IMG/VR virus record: IMGVR_UViG_3300044729_003129
Span: 1 to 64,000 of that record
Direction: 5' to 3' (one strand)
Length of the DNA: 64,000 bases
Source: a virus
Part shown: in pieces, positions 9,330 through 18,375 of the stretch
Layout: each line of letters begins with the position of its first letter
Position numbering within the stretch: position 1 is the first letter of the stretch
Translations under genes and position numbers: made by a program
Notes under the pieces: model-generated
The model's database searches: none
What the model was told of the DNA's origin: nothing
What the model saw: the letters and a program-made list of their open reading frames with translations, nothing else

Positions 9330-9425
9330 TTAAGTTATTATTTTATTTATCTCGTCATGTATATTATCTGTAAGTCCACCCCATGACCAATATTGTTTAC
9401 AAACAAGTCCTAATCTTGACGTCAT
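9330..9425 (-). pseudogene. 31-codon chimeric relic (UvsE N-terminus + C-terminus of 10085..10768)
   Basis: MTSRLGLVC|KQYWSWGGLTDNIHDEINKIIT. Confidence 0.7.
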
Positions 9426-9434
9426 GATGTATTA

Positions 9435-10088
9435 CTATTGTGATCGTACTAAATTCAACAATTGTGTTTTATTATGCAACCCTACTGTAAAATTTGCATG
9501 AAATGCTAAGGCATCACTATCTAAAACAAAATGCGGAGAATCTGGACTCCAAAGGCCAAGTTCTAGATTGCCATATGTCGTAAATTTGAGACTAAGTGGA
9601 ATATATTTTAAACCTGAATGCGGTAACATCTCATTTATTACAGTTTGGTCACATTCCTTTGCTGCATAATATTCTTTATTACAAATGAGAGCTTCTTTTA
9701 CATTATTAAAAAAGTTAATAGTTTCAGGACATACCCGACATACAAAAAGTCCGGCACATAATGCGTTTTTGCTATCTTGTTGAAATGCAATATGAGAGTC
9801 TCCAAGTTCTTCTAACATTGTAGTTACTATGTTGCCTCTTACACATATATCACTATCTAGATATATGAGTGCATCACCATATTGCAAAGCCTCAAGTTCA
9901 GTGATAATATGGTGTGTTTTATTATAACATGCATTAAAAAATGCCTCACTTTGAAAGTCTCCTTCGCAACTATTATCAAGATATGCAATCTTACATTCAT
10001 GTTTGCAATGTAACAAAATTTCATTATAAAGCTTTTCAGTAAAGTTTTGATGACGAGCCGAACAAACTGTTAAAAGCAAAACTTTCAT
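9435..10088 (-). CDS. nucleotide-diphospho-sugar transferase (GT-A, GT77-like)
   Basis: YLDSD DxD motif, LCAGLF, DQTVIN, HANF. Confidence 0.8.
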   Translation of the reverse strand: MKVLLLTVCSARHQNFTEKLYNEILLHCKHECKIAYLDNSCEGDFQSEAFFNACYNKTHHIITELEALQYGDALIYLDSDICVRGNIVTTMLEELGDSHIAFQQDSKNALCAGLFVCRVCPETINFFNNVKEALICNKEYYAAKECDQTVINEMLPHSGLKYIPLSLKFTTYGNLELGLWSPDSPHFVLDSDALAFHANFTVGLHNKTQLLNLVRSQ

Positions 10089-10768
10089 GCCAGTAATGTT
10101 TCAATGTCTTTGATTATATCATCTTGCAATCCTCCCCATGACCAATATTGCTTACAATATTCTGGAACTTCGCTTGGGTGACACCATGAAAATGCTTCAG
10201 GATAAACTTTATGCGCCCATTGACCAAGAGTATTAAACTCGCTAAATTCATTACGCTGTTGTTGGCATATCCATTGTTCAAGGCTGCAACTATGTTTTTT
10301 CATTATCCATGCTCTAAACTCGTTATATATCCATCGTGGATATATAATTGGATGTCTTCTCATATATTCATAACTATCATACCAACCAAGAGTCTTTTCA
10401 GAGATCGCATTCCATGGACTATTAGAACATTCTTCGCGAAGCATAATAGGTTTGTTATCTTTAAAAAAACAAGTTGGTGAAAAATCTTTATAAAAAATAC
10501 AGTCACTATCAACATGAAGAATATAGTCAGATAAACACCACGTGTCTGCATGTAATTTAGTAATCTGTTGCGCAAGATAGCCATCACATTGATCAACTGT
10601 GCCATGTACATTCTCTGCTGTAAGGTGAGCGAGCAGTTGAACATCAGATTCTGGGACTACAAGATGAAGAGTTTCAAACTCTTTACCATATTTATGTATA
10701 CTTTTTAAAGAATGCCACAACCATTTAAAGTCATTGCGATACGAACGTATGAGTATATCAGTTTTCAT
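10085..10768 (-). CDS. GT-A-like protein (DUF6492-like)
   Basis: GYLAQQITKL, HVDSD, FSEFNTLG. Confidence 0.65.
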   Translation of the reverse strand: MKTDILIRSYRNDFKWLWHSLKSIHKYGKEFETLHLVVPESDVQLLAHLTAENVHGTVDQCDGYLAQQITKLHADTWCLSDYILHVDSDCIFYKDFSPTCFFKDNKPIMLREECSNSPWNAISEKTLGWYDSYEYMRRHPIIYPRWIYNEFRAWIMKKHSCSLEQWICQQQRNEFSEFNTLGQWAHKVYPEAFSWCHPSEVPEYCKQYWSWGGLQDDIIKDIETLLA

Positions 10769-11421
10769 TGCGGTATGCAAAGTATGTCATATTGTTCACC
10801 AACTTCAGGGAATGGTATTATGTCATAACCAAATTGAGACAGAAAGTTTTCAATATCATGCGCAGTTTTACCATGTTGCGCAAGGGCACCGACATTAATT
10901 TCAATCCAAAAAACTGGACGATATTTTGAAATTGTTTCTTTTGCTCCTTCTAAAGCATTGAGTTCATAACCTTCTATGTCAAGCTTAAAAAAATCAAGAG
11001 CAGACAGGTTTAGTGAGTCTAATGTTATAGTTTTTATGCAAAATGAACCATCACCAGACTGTTGTGATATTCGGCCAGCTCCAGCATTATTATCTACTGA
11101 ATAGTTTACTTCTTCGTCACAGTTTGATAGTCCACAATTAAATAAATTTGCTGAACCGCAATTATATTGTAAACATTCAAAGGCTGCAGGATTTGGTTCA
11201 AATGCATAAACGTCTCCATTTTTACCAACTGCATCACAATATGCAAGTGTGTGGTCGCCTATAAATGCGCCAGCATCAACAACTGTATAACCAGGTTGTA
11301 TATATTCTAAAATGATTGGCAACGCGTAGCGATCATGATCGAGGCGGCCACTTTCTTCAACCCAACGTGATATATGAGTATCATTCTCTAAAATCGCAAT
11401 GTTTTCACGAGTTATTTTCAT
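10765..11421 (-). CDS. FkbM-family SAM methyltransferase
   Basis: VDAGAFIG, AFEPNP, KLDIEGYE. Confidence 0.9.
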   Translation of the reverse strand: MKITRENIAILENDTHISRWVEESGRLDHDRYALPIILEYIQPGYTVVDAGAFIGDHTLAYCDAVGKNGDVYAFEPNPAAFECLQYNCGSANLFNCGLSNCDEEVNYSVDNNAGAGRISQQSGDGSFCIKTITLDSLNLSALDFFKLDIEGYELNALEGAKETISKYRPVFWIEINVGALAQHGKTAHDIENFLSQFGYDIIPFPEVGEQYDILCIPQ

Positions 11422-11447
11422 ATATTTTATTTATAATAAATAATAAC

Positions 11448-12260
11448 ATGCTCATACACACATACTTTGCAAAAGAAAGGGGAATGGGATTAGGTGATTT
11501 TATACGAGGGTCAATCGCGGCAAATCAACTATGTGTGGAATATAGTATACCATTTGAAATTGATTTTAGACAACACCCAATTGGTCAATATTTACAAAAT
11601 CAATGTTCAGTTACACCTCCAAACACAAATAAAATTTTAGATTTGCAAGACATTCAAAATGCCACTCTACGTGCACTACAAGCCAATCTTAAAAATCAAA
11701 TAAATCTAAAAAATTTACGGCGTGATAATTTACATATTTACACAAATGTATGGCCAATGTTTAAACTACCAAGACGAATAGTAGAGTCTGTTAGAAAATA
11801 TTTGCAACCAACTGAAGAGTGTGAACGCGCAATAGTTGCTGCATTAGATTCGTTGACAGATTATGAAGTTATTCATGTTCGCGTCGGTGACATACTTTCA
11901 TTTGGCACTCAAATAGGAGACACTGTTGACTATACAATGGAACAACTTATTGATAGGTTATCTGTTGTAAAAACTATACAAGATTCTACTACACGTCCAT
12001 GCATAATAATGTCAGACTCGGCTGAATGTAAGCGCATCTTAGCAGAAAAATATGGTTTGAGATGCACTTCTACGGTTCCAAGTCATATGGCACTTGAAAA
12101 TGATTCTGCGCTTGACACACTAGTAGATTTTTTTATCCTATCACGAGCACGACATATACATCAGTTTAGTGTGCATCATTGGGGCTCAGGATTTAGTGAC
12201 TCAGCGCACTGGCTCTATCGAGTGCCAATTACAAAACATAAGCTATCTCCCACAAACTAA
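11448..12260 (+). CDS. fucosyltransferase-like protein (NodZ/GT23/GT11 type)
   Basis: GLGDFIRG, IHVRVGD, DFFILS, SGFS; start moved to MLIHT. Confidence 0.7.
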   Translation: MLIHTYFAKERGMGLGDFIRGSIAANQLCVEYSIPFEIDFRQHPIGQYLQNQCSVTPPNTNKILDLQDIQNATLRALQANLKNQINLKNLRRDNLHIYTNVWPMFKLPRRIVESVRKYLQPTEECERAIVAALDSLTDYEVIHVRVGDILSFGTQIGDTVDYTMEQLIDRLSVVKTIQDSTTRPCIIMSDSAECKRILAEKYGLRCTSTVPSHMALENDSALDTLVDFFILSRARHIHQFSVHHWGSGFSDSAHWLYRVPITKHKLSPTN

Positions 12261-12497
12261 TTTAGCAAGCACTGCAGAAAAGCGATAATCATCAACTGTT
12301 GCATCACGCACTTCGCTTGTGGTGTCCCAACTATGAGTGGTGTGGTATGTTTCTGTCTTTAACACCTTGTTGCTAGCAGTGTCAATATAGTAATTTGACT
12401 GCCAGTCATATACTTCACGAAGTTTATTGAGAGTAATTTGAAGAACTGTGCAATCATCGAGTTCAAACTGAGCACCATTTTTATCCTTGATTTTCAT
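12243..12497 (-). CDS. hypothetical protein
   Basis: GTTTAC/TATAAT promoter upstream. Confidence 0.6.
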   Translation of the reverse strand: MKIKDKNGAQFELDDCTVLQITLNKLREVYDWQSNYYIDTASNKVLKTETYHTTHSWDTTSEVRDATVDDYRFSAVLAKLVCGR

Positions 12498-12576
12498 AGC
12501 AACATTATATATTATATTTTCAAACGTGTAAACAAAAAAGAGAGGCCTATTTTGTAGACCTCTCTCATTATTCTAC

Positions 12577-12795
12577 TCAGGATTTTTCTATAAACCTGTA
12601 GAGTTCTTCTGCTCTCTCAATAACCTTAGATACGTCTGGAAGTGTGACATCTACCTTAGATAGATCTGACGTTTCCTGTCCATCCTGATAAATCGTCTCT
12701 TTTTGACAATTTAATGCTTCATGATATTGCGTCATAATATCACCATGAGCGAGTTGCAATACCTCTAGTCTAATTTCGTATGCGTTTTTATTCAT
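12577..12795 (-). CDS. conserved phage hypothetical protein (NAYEIRLEVL...AEELYRF)
   Basis: Recognisable motif; followed by hairpin. Confidence 0.7.
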   Translation of the reverse strand: MNKNAYEIRLEVLQLAHGDIMTQYHEALNCQKETIYQDGQETSDLSKVDVTLPDVSKVIERAEELYRFIEKS

Positions 12796-12862
12796 TTTAT
12801 TGTGTGTGTTTGTGTGTTAGTCATAGACGACAATTGCATCGTCTATAGAGTTATATATACGA

Positions 12863-12898
12863 GAAAAGCCACTCAGAATGACCCCGAGTGGCTTTTTG
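12863..12898. terminator. intrinsic terminator, possibly bidirectional
   Basis: AAAAGCCACTC...GAGTGGCTTTT. Confidence 0.7.
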
Positions 12899-12919
12899 TG
12901 TATTATTTTTTAATTGTTA

Positions 12920-15376
12920 TTAGTGTACTAATGCGAGATGCGTGATTTTGTCATATAAATGAGGCACGACATACCATTGCTCTGCATCAGATATATCTTT
13001 TGGAGATTCGAGTGCACCAATCTCAAGAAGATCTGTTCCCCATGCAACTGATACTGCTTTCCACTCGCTGCCTAATTTCATGTGTGACATAAGTTTGCTG
13101 CTAGAGATTCGATCAAAATCAGTCTTTGCAAGCAGTTTATATGGGTCGAGTTGATAGAGTTCGCGGTCTTGAATAAAGAAGATATATTTTCCTTGCACTG
13201 GTTTGATGTTAGCAGCTTCTTCAAGAGTCTCACCTTGCACTTCTGTGTTTTCCAAACGAACTGGACGCTTTGCATAGGCATCAGCTGCTGTAGAAATATG
13301 ATCTGCTACAGTTTTCCACGCATTGGCATTTGACTTTCCATCTTTTCCTGCTTGTGACATATTAGCGATGCCTTGTGCATTGTCTGCGAGTGCCTGTAAG
13401 AAAACTAGATAGTCTTTAGGGCTTAGCATATCAATTGATGTTATAAGCTTTTGTATTGCTGGTGTTGGAACAGCTTCTTCGAGTGTCTCTTCCTCCTTAA
13501 CAAGATTTTTATAGAGACCTCCCGGACCAGACAATTTACTGCCAGCTGGACGATATTTACCAAGTTTATACTTTTTATTATAGTCATCGCGACTCATAAC
13601 GCCAGCATTCACTCGGGCCATGTCAACTTGTTTACGACGCTTGAGCGCAGCATCTGCTGCTTCATCCATCTTTTCATCAGAGCAACCAGCTTCTTCTTTA
13701 AGACCATGTTTCTTACGAATTGCCTTTCTTTTATTTTTTGATTCAGAAGTACCATCATACTCCTGATCTGACACATGTGCTTGAGATGCATCTTCCATGT
13801 CATCTGCTACTTTAGCACCAAATTTTGATTTAACAAATTTGAAGATTGCTTCTGCGGCAGCTTTTCCATTCTTAATCGAACCTTGTCCATGACCATAACC
13901 TTGATCAGCATAGTATGAATATTCTTCATGCTTATCCCAAAGTTGTTCGAGTGTCATGCTATCAAGCGAGCCTTCATCCATCTTTTCATCAGTCTCGCCC
14001 AACCAACCGAACAAGCCGTAGTCGTCGCTATCGCTGAAAGATGGACGATGATTCAAACCGAAAGTGCCATTGTGGTTTTTGTTTTTGTTTTCACGTTTAT
14101 ATGTACCAACAACCGGAACTTTAGGATCCCTGATGCCTTTTGCCTTTTGCTTGAGATAGTCTTCAGCATGATCCTTTGCCTCTTGTGGGGTATTATATGC
14201 AGCTGCAGATTGATACATAACTCTTTTAGTTTTCTTATCAAGTATAGTCGGACGATAGCCGCCAAACTGACTCTTTTCAGAAGTAGTAAGATAGTCACCA
14301 AGCCAGTTGATTGCTTCATCAATTGTTTCTTCTTCGATGCTCTCTTCTTCTTTATAGACTGGATTGAATCTTTGAGATTTGTTGAGGTCTGGATAATATT
14401 TGCGCACTGCTTCAATTGCTTTTTTAGCAATTTCTTTTGTCTTTTTAGCACCATTTGGTTGCATAATCTCAAACCACATGTCTTCAACATAGTCATAAAT
14501 CTTTGGAAAACGATCAAAGATGTCTTCATGACTTAAACGAATAGACACACTAGTAACGTCCCAAAGTTTTGAATCTGGGGCGTCGACTATGCTTTGTAAT
14601 TCGTCGATGAGGTCGGCTGGTTTGCGTAATGGCTTATATGCTTCATTAACACTCTTTAGACTTTGCTTGAGTTTGTTGAGTGTTGTTGTATCACCAGTAA
14701 TGACTCCAATAAGAGCCATAAATGTGCTTGCAATAAGATCTTTTTGTGATTGACTAATTTCTTTTCCAGACTCTACTGCTTTCATTGCAGCGATAATTTT
14801 AGGCAATTCACCAGAGTCAACAAGTCCAAGAGTTGCAAGTTGTTTGAAACGCATGTAGTCAGTCTCTTCTTTAAGTGACTCTTCAGTCTCTTCTGTAATT
14901 TTAGTAGCAGACTTGATTTTCAAATCTTTAGAATAGCCTTTCTTTTTAAGATCGCTTTCAGCATATCGCTTCGCTGTTGCAGCATCATTGGCACTAATAA
15001 TTATTGTGCTGTTAGCAATGCCATCACCCCATGGATCGACAAATGAAAAACCGACTTTCCATTTAGTATCAGATATTGGAGCTTCTGTCAATTCAGTCTC
15101 TTCCTTTAGTTTGATTGTTTTAAGAAGTAAAAATTCTGAGCTGCCCATCTTGCGTTGGTTAAACGCGATTGTTGTCTTTGGAAGATCTTTTGCTTTGAAT
15201 GTAATGCTGTTAGGCCCAATCTCTAACACCTTGCCAAAGTTTGTAGTGTCGCCAACCTTTAGGGTGTTGATGATTGACTTGACGTCTTCTACACCTTCGT
15301 TTAATGGTGTTGTGCCGCCGAGTATTGAAGATGCTGCGGCGTATAGCGGGTCTTGGTGATAGTGGAAGTTATTCAT
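12920..15376 (-). CDS. 818-aa modular putative internal head (poly)protein
   Basis: Shared leader MNNFHY.QDPLYAAA..IL.G; modules separated by L/I-x-E-E linkers. Confidence 0.7.
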   Translation of the reverse strand: MNNFHYHQDPLYAAASSILGGTTPLNEGVEDVKSIINTLKVGDTTNFGKVLEIGPNSITFKAKDLPKTTIAFNQRKMGSSEFLLLKTIKLKEETELTEAPISDTKWKVGFSFVDPWGDGIANSTIIISANDAATAKRYAESDLKKKGYSKDLKIKSATKITEETEESLKEETDYMRFKQLATLGLVDSGELPKIIAAMKAVESGKEISQSQKDLIASTFMALIGVITGDTTTLNKLKQSLKSVNEAYKPLRKPADLIDELQSIVDAPDSKLWDVTSVSIRLSHEDIFDRFPKIYDYVEDMWFEIMQPNGAKKTKEIAKKAIEAVRKYYPDLNKSQRFNPVYKEEESIEEETIDEAINWLGDYLTTSEKSQFGGYRPTILDKKTKRVMYQSAAAYNTPQEAKDHAEDYLKQKAKGIRDPKVPVVGTYKRENKNKNHNGTFGLNHRPSFSDSDDYGLFGWLGETDEKMDEGSLDSMTLEQLWDKHEEYSYYADQGYGHGQGSIKNGKAAAEAIFKFVKSKFGAKVADDMEDASQAHVSDQEYDGTSESKNKRKAIRKKHGLKEEAGCSDEKMDEAADAALKRRKQVDMARVNAGVMSRDDYNKKYKLGKYRPAGSKLSGPGGLYKNLVKEEETLEEAVPTPAIQKLITSIDMLSPKDYLVFLQALADNAQGIANMSQAGKDGKSNANAWKTVADHISTAADAYAKRPVRLENTEVQGETLEEAANIKPVQGKYIFFIQDRELYQLDPYKLLAKTDFDRISSSKLMSHMKLGSEWKAVSVAWGTDLLEIGALESPKDISDAEQWYVVPHLYDKITHLALVH

Positions 15377-15394
15377 GTGTTAATATATTTATAT

Positions 15395-15838
15395 TTAGTT
15401 TAGTTCATCAATTTCTAATTTTTGATCGAAGGTTTTAAAATAGTATTTGTTGTCGCTGTGTTGCTTTGCAATCTCATAGACCTTTTCAGCAGACGTCTTT
15501 GGATTTGCGATGTGTGTTACGTCTTGACTATAGACATTAAAATAACTTTCACCATTCTCCTTTTCAATTGTGTAGAATGTAGTTTTGGTAATCCATCCTT
15601 TGTTCGACTGCTTGAAAATCATAATAGCAATTGTGTCAGCGTCTTCTTGAGCTGCAGAAAATCCACCATTTTTACCAAATACATGATTGTTTTTTGATTT
15701 TAACATCTCTGCACCCTTAGAAGCTTTAAGTTCTTTAAGGGCAGACGCATGCGATGCATCTTCTGTTAATGTTGTGCCGCTGAGTATATTTGCTGCAGCT
15801 GCATACAACGGATCTTGGTTGTAATGAAAATTATTCAT
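15395..15838 (-). CDS. putative internal head protein
   Basis: Leader MNNFHYNQDPLYAAAANILSGTTLTE. Confidence 0.65.
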   Translation of the reverse strand: MNNFHYNQDPLYAAAANILSGTTLTEDASHASALKELKASKGAEMLKSKNNHVFGKNGGFSAAQEDADTIAIMIFKQSNKGWITKTTFYTIEKENGESYFNVYSQDVTHIANPKTSAEKVYEIAKQHSDNKYYFKTFDQKLEIDELN

Positions 15839-15847
15839 ATGTCTTAT

Positions 15848-16354
15848 TTATTCTGCTTCCTTTGTGCTTTCAATATAGTCGCGAGCACTGACAACATATT
15901 CTTCAGCTTTTACTAGATTTGCTTGAACGTGCTCTGGTAAATTTTCGTCGTCGCTTAGCATGTCATGCAATCCTTTTGCGTTGCGAATGATTGTGCGAAG
16001 TGCGGTCTTTGCCATGCTGCCCTCAGCATCATACTCGCCTGCGTCTTGTTCGGCAGCTTCCTTTACGTTTCCATACTGATATGAAACAGGAACACTTTCT
16101 CCATCTTTAAAAGTTTTTGCAGAAGCCTTTATAGAATTTAATGCAGTTATAAGTGAGTTGATCTTTTTTGGATCAAAGTCATCGCCGCGTTTTATTGAAT
16201 CAACAAATTGTTGAAATGATTTGCCTAGCGTGTATAATTCATTGTTGATGACGTGTCCAGGCAAACGCATAAAAGACTCTTGCAAGTCTTCAGATTTGCC
16301 TTGAAGGATTCGAGTTGCTGCTTCTACAAGTGTGTCTTTATGCATATCTTTCAT
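15848..16354 (-). CDS. putative internal head protein
   Basis: Leader DTLVEAATRILQG...LQE; EYDAEGSMAK module. Confidence 0.65.
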   Translation of the reverse strand: MKDMHKDTLVEAATRILQGKSEDLQESFMRLPGHVINNELYTLGKSFQQFVDSIKRGDDFDPKKINSLITALNSIKASAKTFKDGESVPVSYQYGNVKEAAEQDAGEYDAEGSMAKTALRTIIRNAKGLHDMLSDDENLPEHVQANLVKAEEYVVSARDYIESTKEAE

Positions 16355-16907
16355 TTCTATTTTTCCAAATTTGAGCTGCCTTATAGATTAGTGCAGAGAT
16401 GTTGCTTGATTCTTTATAACCAGAACTTTCGCCTTCTTCGAAAAAGCTATCAAGCGCAAATAAGAAATCTTCCATTTCATCTTCATCCAGATTGCGCACT
16501 GCTCCCATTGCCTTTTTAGCAAGTGGAAATTTAGCGGTGTAATATTCCTGTAGTGTCTCACCTTTATCTTCAACACTTTCATTATAACCATACTTTTCAC
16601 CAGTCTTTAATCCGCTTGCTGCTCTTGCTGCGTCATAGAGGTGATCACTTATTTTTTTAATGACGCCTCTTGGATTGCCTTTGTGATCACGTGATGATGC
16701 ATATTTTGTCATCTCGTCCATATGATCTGCAAATGCAAGTAAAAATTCTTGCATTTGACTTCTATTTAAATTGTCAATTTCTGCTAATAGGCGTTTTATA
16801 ATTGCGCTCTGTGCTTCTTGAAGACATTCGTCATGAGTCTTGCCCTCCAGAATCGTTGCTGCAGCACTCACGAGAGAGTCATTTTTATAGTTGTCAAAGG
16901 GTTGCAT
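16338..16907 (-). CDS. putative internal head protein with two helical modules
   Basis: Leader DSLVSAAATILEG...LQE. Confidence 0.65.
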   Translation of the reverse strand: MQPFDNYKNDSLVSAAATILEGKTHDECLQEAQSAIIKRLLAEIDNLNRSQMQEFLLAFADHMDEMTKYASSRDHKGNPRGVIKKISDHLYDAARAASGLKTGEKYGYNESVEDKGETLQEYYTAKFPLAKKAMGAVRNLDEDEMEDFLFALDSFFEEGESSGYKESSNISALIYKAAQIWKNRNERYA

Positions 16908-16914
16908 ATAAGAC

Positions 16915-16952
16915 TATTTATACAATTTCATAATTCGAAAAAAGTATAAATA
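16915..16952. promoter_or_regulatory. divergent pair of late promoters
   Basis: TATAAATA on minus (16915-22) and plus (16945-52). Confidence 0.75.
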
Positions 16953-16961
16953 AGATAGATT

Positions 16962-17420
16962 ATGAATAATTTCACATCATACAAAGAAGACCCATTGGTT
17001 TCTGCCGCTGCACATGTGTTGTCTCAAGAACAATTAAGCGAAGGCATCGTATCCTTTCCAAGCTATCGTGCCAAAGGTAAAGGCATCTATATTGGAAAAG
17101 ATTTAATCAGTAAAGATGATCTTGGATCATCTGTCGATACTATCAACAGACAAGTAGACAAGTTTCCACTCTTTGGAAAATATCTTGAAGTTCATTCAGG
17201 ATCTGACAGCATTCGTGGGGAGTGCGTTGGATATGCTCACATTCATGGCGCACCGATGCTTCTCATTCGTGACAGCAACTATAAAGAAGTATGGATCGAT
17301 GCAGACAAGGCTCAACGTGAGATCTATGCATTTACTCCAGCTAAAAAGGATGTCACCACAACTGGCACTGGATCAAGCGACAATCCAATGCTCTACAGCT
17401 TTGGCAAGACAAACTATTAA
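16962..17420 (+). CDS. putative internal head protein
   Basis: Leader MNNFTSYKEDPLVSAAAHVLSQEQLSE. Confidence 0.65.
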   Translation: MNNFTSYKEDPLVSAAAHVLSQEQLSEGIVSFPSYRAKGKGIYIGKDLISKDDLGSSVDTINRQVDKFPLFGKYLEVHSGSDSIRGECVGYAHIHGAPMLLIRDSNYKEVWIDADKAQREIYAFTPAKKDVTTTGTGSSDNPMLYSFGKTNY

Positions 17421-17423
17421 GGT

Positions 17424-17445
17424 TGGTGGGCAAGGAGGGACTCGA
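17424..17445 (-). pseudogene. 3' remnant of disrupted tRNA (Leu-type)
   Basis: TCGAGTCCCTCCTTGCCCACCA; CTTGCCC pairs with GGGCAAG at 18310-18316. Confidence 0.8.
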
Positions 17446-17447
17446 CG

Positions 17448-17527
17448 TCGGGAGTCTGGGATTCGAACCCAGAAAAACCTACGGTCTAAACGTAGTAGCT
17501 GTACCAATTTGCATTTGTCAACTCCCG
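17448..17527 (-). tRNA. tRNA-Leu(TAG), short variable arm, no encoded CCA
   Basis: CGGGAGT/ACTCCCG acceptor; CTACG-TT-TAG-AC-CGTAG; TTCGAAT T-loop. Confidence 0.8.
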
Positions 17528-18267
17528 ATAGCAATTTTTAGATCTTCACATTCAAACAAAGATATTTCACCTGAAATAAATCGAGTGTAATTATATAATT
17601 GTTTTTCGTTCCTAATCAAATAAATTTTAATGTTAGGATGATCAGCATACACTAATTTATATTTTTTAATATCATTATCTGATAACCATCCTTTTACTTC
17701 AACGAAAACATCTTTTTTAATACAAAAATCAGGAGTGTATCTTCTATGATTATCATATTTTAATTGTATTCTAGTTACACTATATCCCAACTCTAATAAT
17801 TTTTCTCCAACATTATATTCCCATTCTCCTTGAACTTTTATACCATTTGTTATTTTTTTCCATTCTATATGTGGCGAGTTTTCTAAAAATTTAATTCTGG
17901 CTTCTGATAATTTATTTTTTGTTTCTTGAGTATGTCCAGAAAGAGCTGAACCAAATTTTTTACCAATAAATTGCGGTCTAGCAACCCTATTATCAATTTC
18001 TTTAGTCAGTCCTTTACTCCATGCGCATTTATCTTTTGATTCATTAGACATATTTGCCCAAATTTTTTTCGCATTCCTTCCATTTTCATAGCATTTAAAC
18101 AATCCTTTGCTATTTTTTTCTTTTTGTATTGGACATGAATTGACAGATGCACTACATAATAAAACACCACCGGGGCTTTTAAATTTTGCAATATTACCAC
18201 AACCCACAGAACACAAACAATCAGTTTCTATTGGTAATGATTTCCGATATGGTCTTCGTTTTTTCAT
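17518..18267 (-). mobile_element. free-standing PD-(D/E)xK homing endonuclease with Cys-rich and NUMOD3-like segments
   Basis: YTPDF...VEVKGW; HTQETKNKLSEA; TATAAATA at 18273-80; stop lies inside tRNA-Leu. Confidence 0.75.
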
Positions 18268-18282
18268 AATTATATTTATATG

Positions 18283-18316
18283 AAAACCCGCGTGGCTACC
18301 ATTACACCACTTGCCC
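18283..18316 (-). pseudogene. 5' half of disrupted tRNA (Leu-type)
   Basis: GGGCAAGTGGTGTAATGGTAGCCACGCGGGTTTT, broken at the anticodon. Confidence 0.8.
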
Positions 18317-18320
18317 AAAT

Positions 18321-18356
18321 AAAAAACGGAGCCAACATAGAGAAGGCTCCGTTTTT
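18321..18356. terminator. intrinsic terminator
   Basis: AAAAAACGGAGCC...GGCTCCGTTTTT. Confidence 0.7.
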
Positions 18357-18375
18357 GTTTTTATTCTATTATCTA

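Noticed and set aside
13928-14536. Long plus-strand ORFs antisense to real genes (also 56162..56905, 34817..35239)
   Set aside because: Shadow frames of minus-strand genes with no motifs or promoters.
18268-18318. Upstream start of the 266-aa ORF, and an apparent TCA anticodon in the broken tRNA
   Set aside because: The extension reads through the tRNA remnant. TCA is formed at the insertion junction and has no pairing 3' stem, so it is not a Sec or suppressor tRNA.
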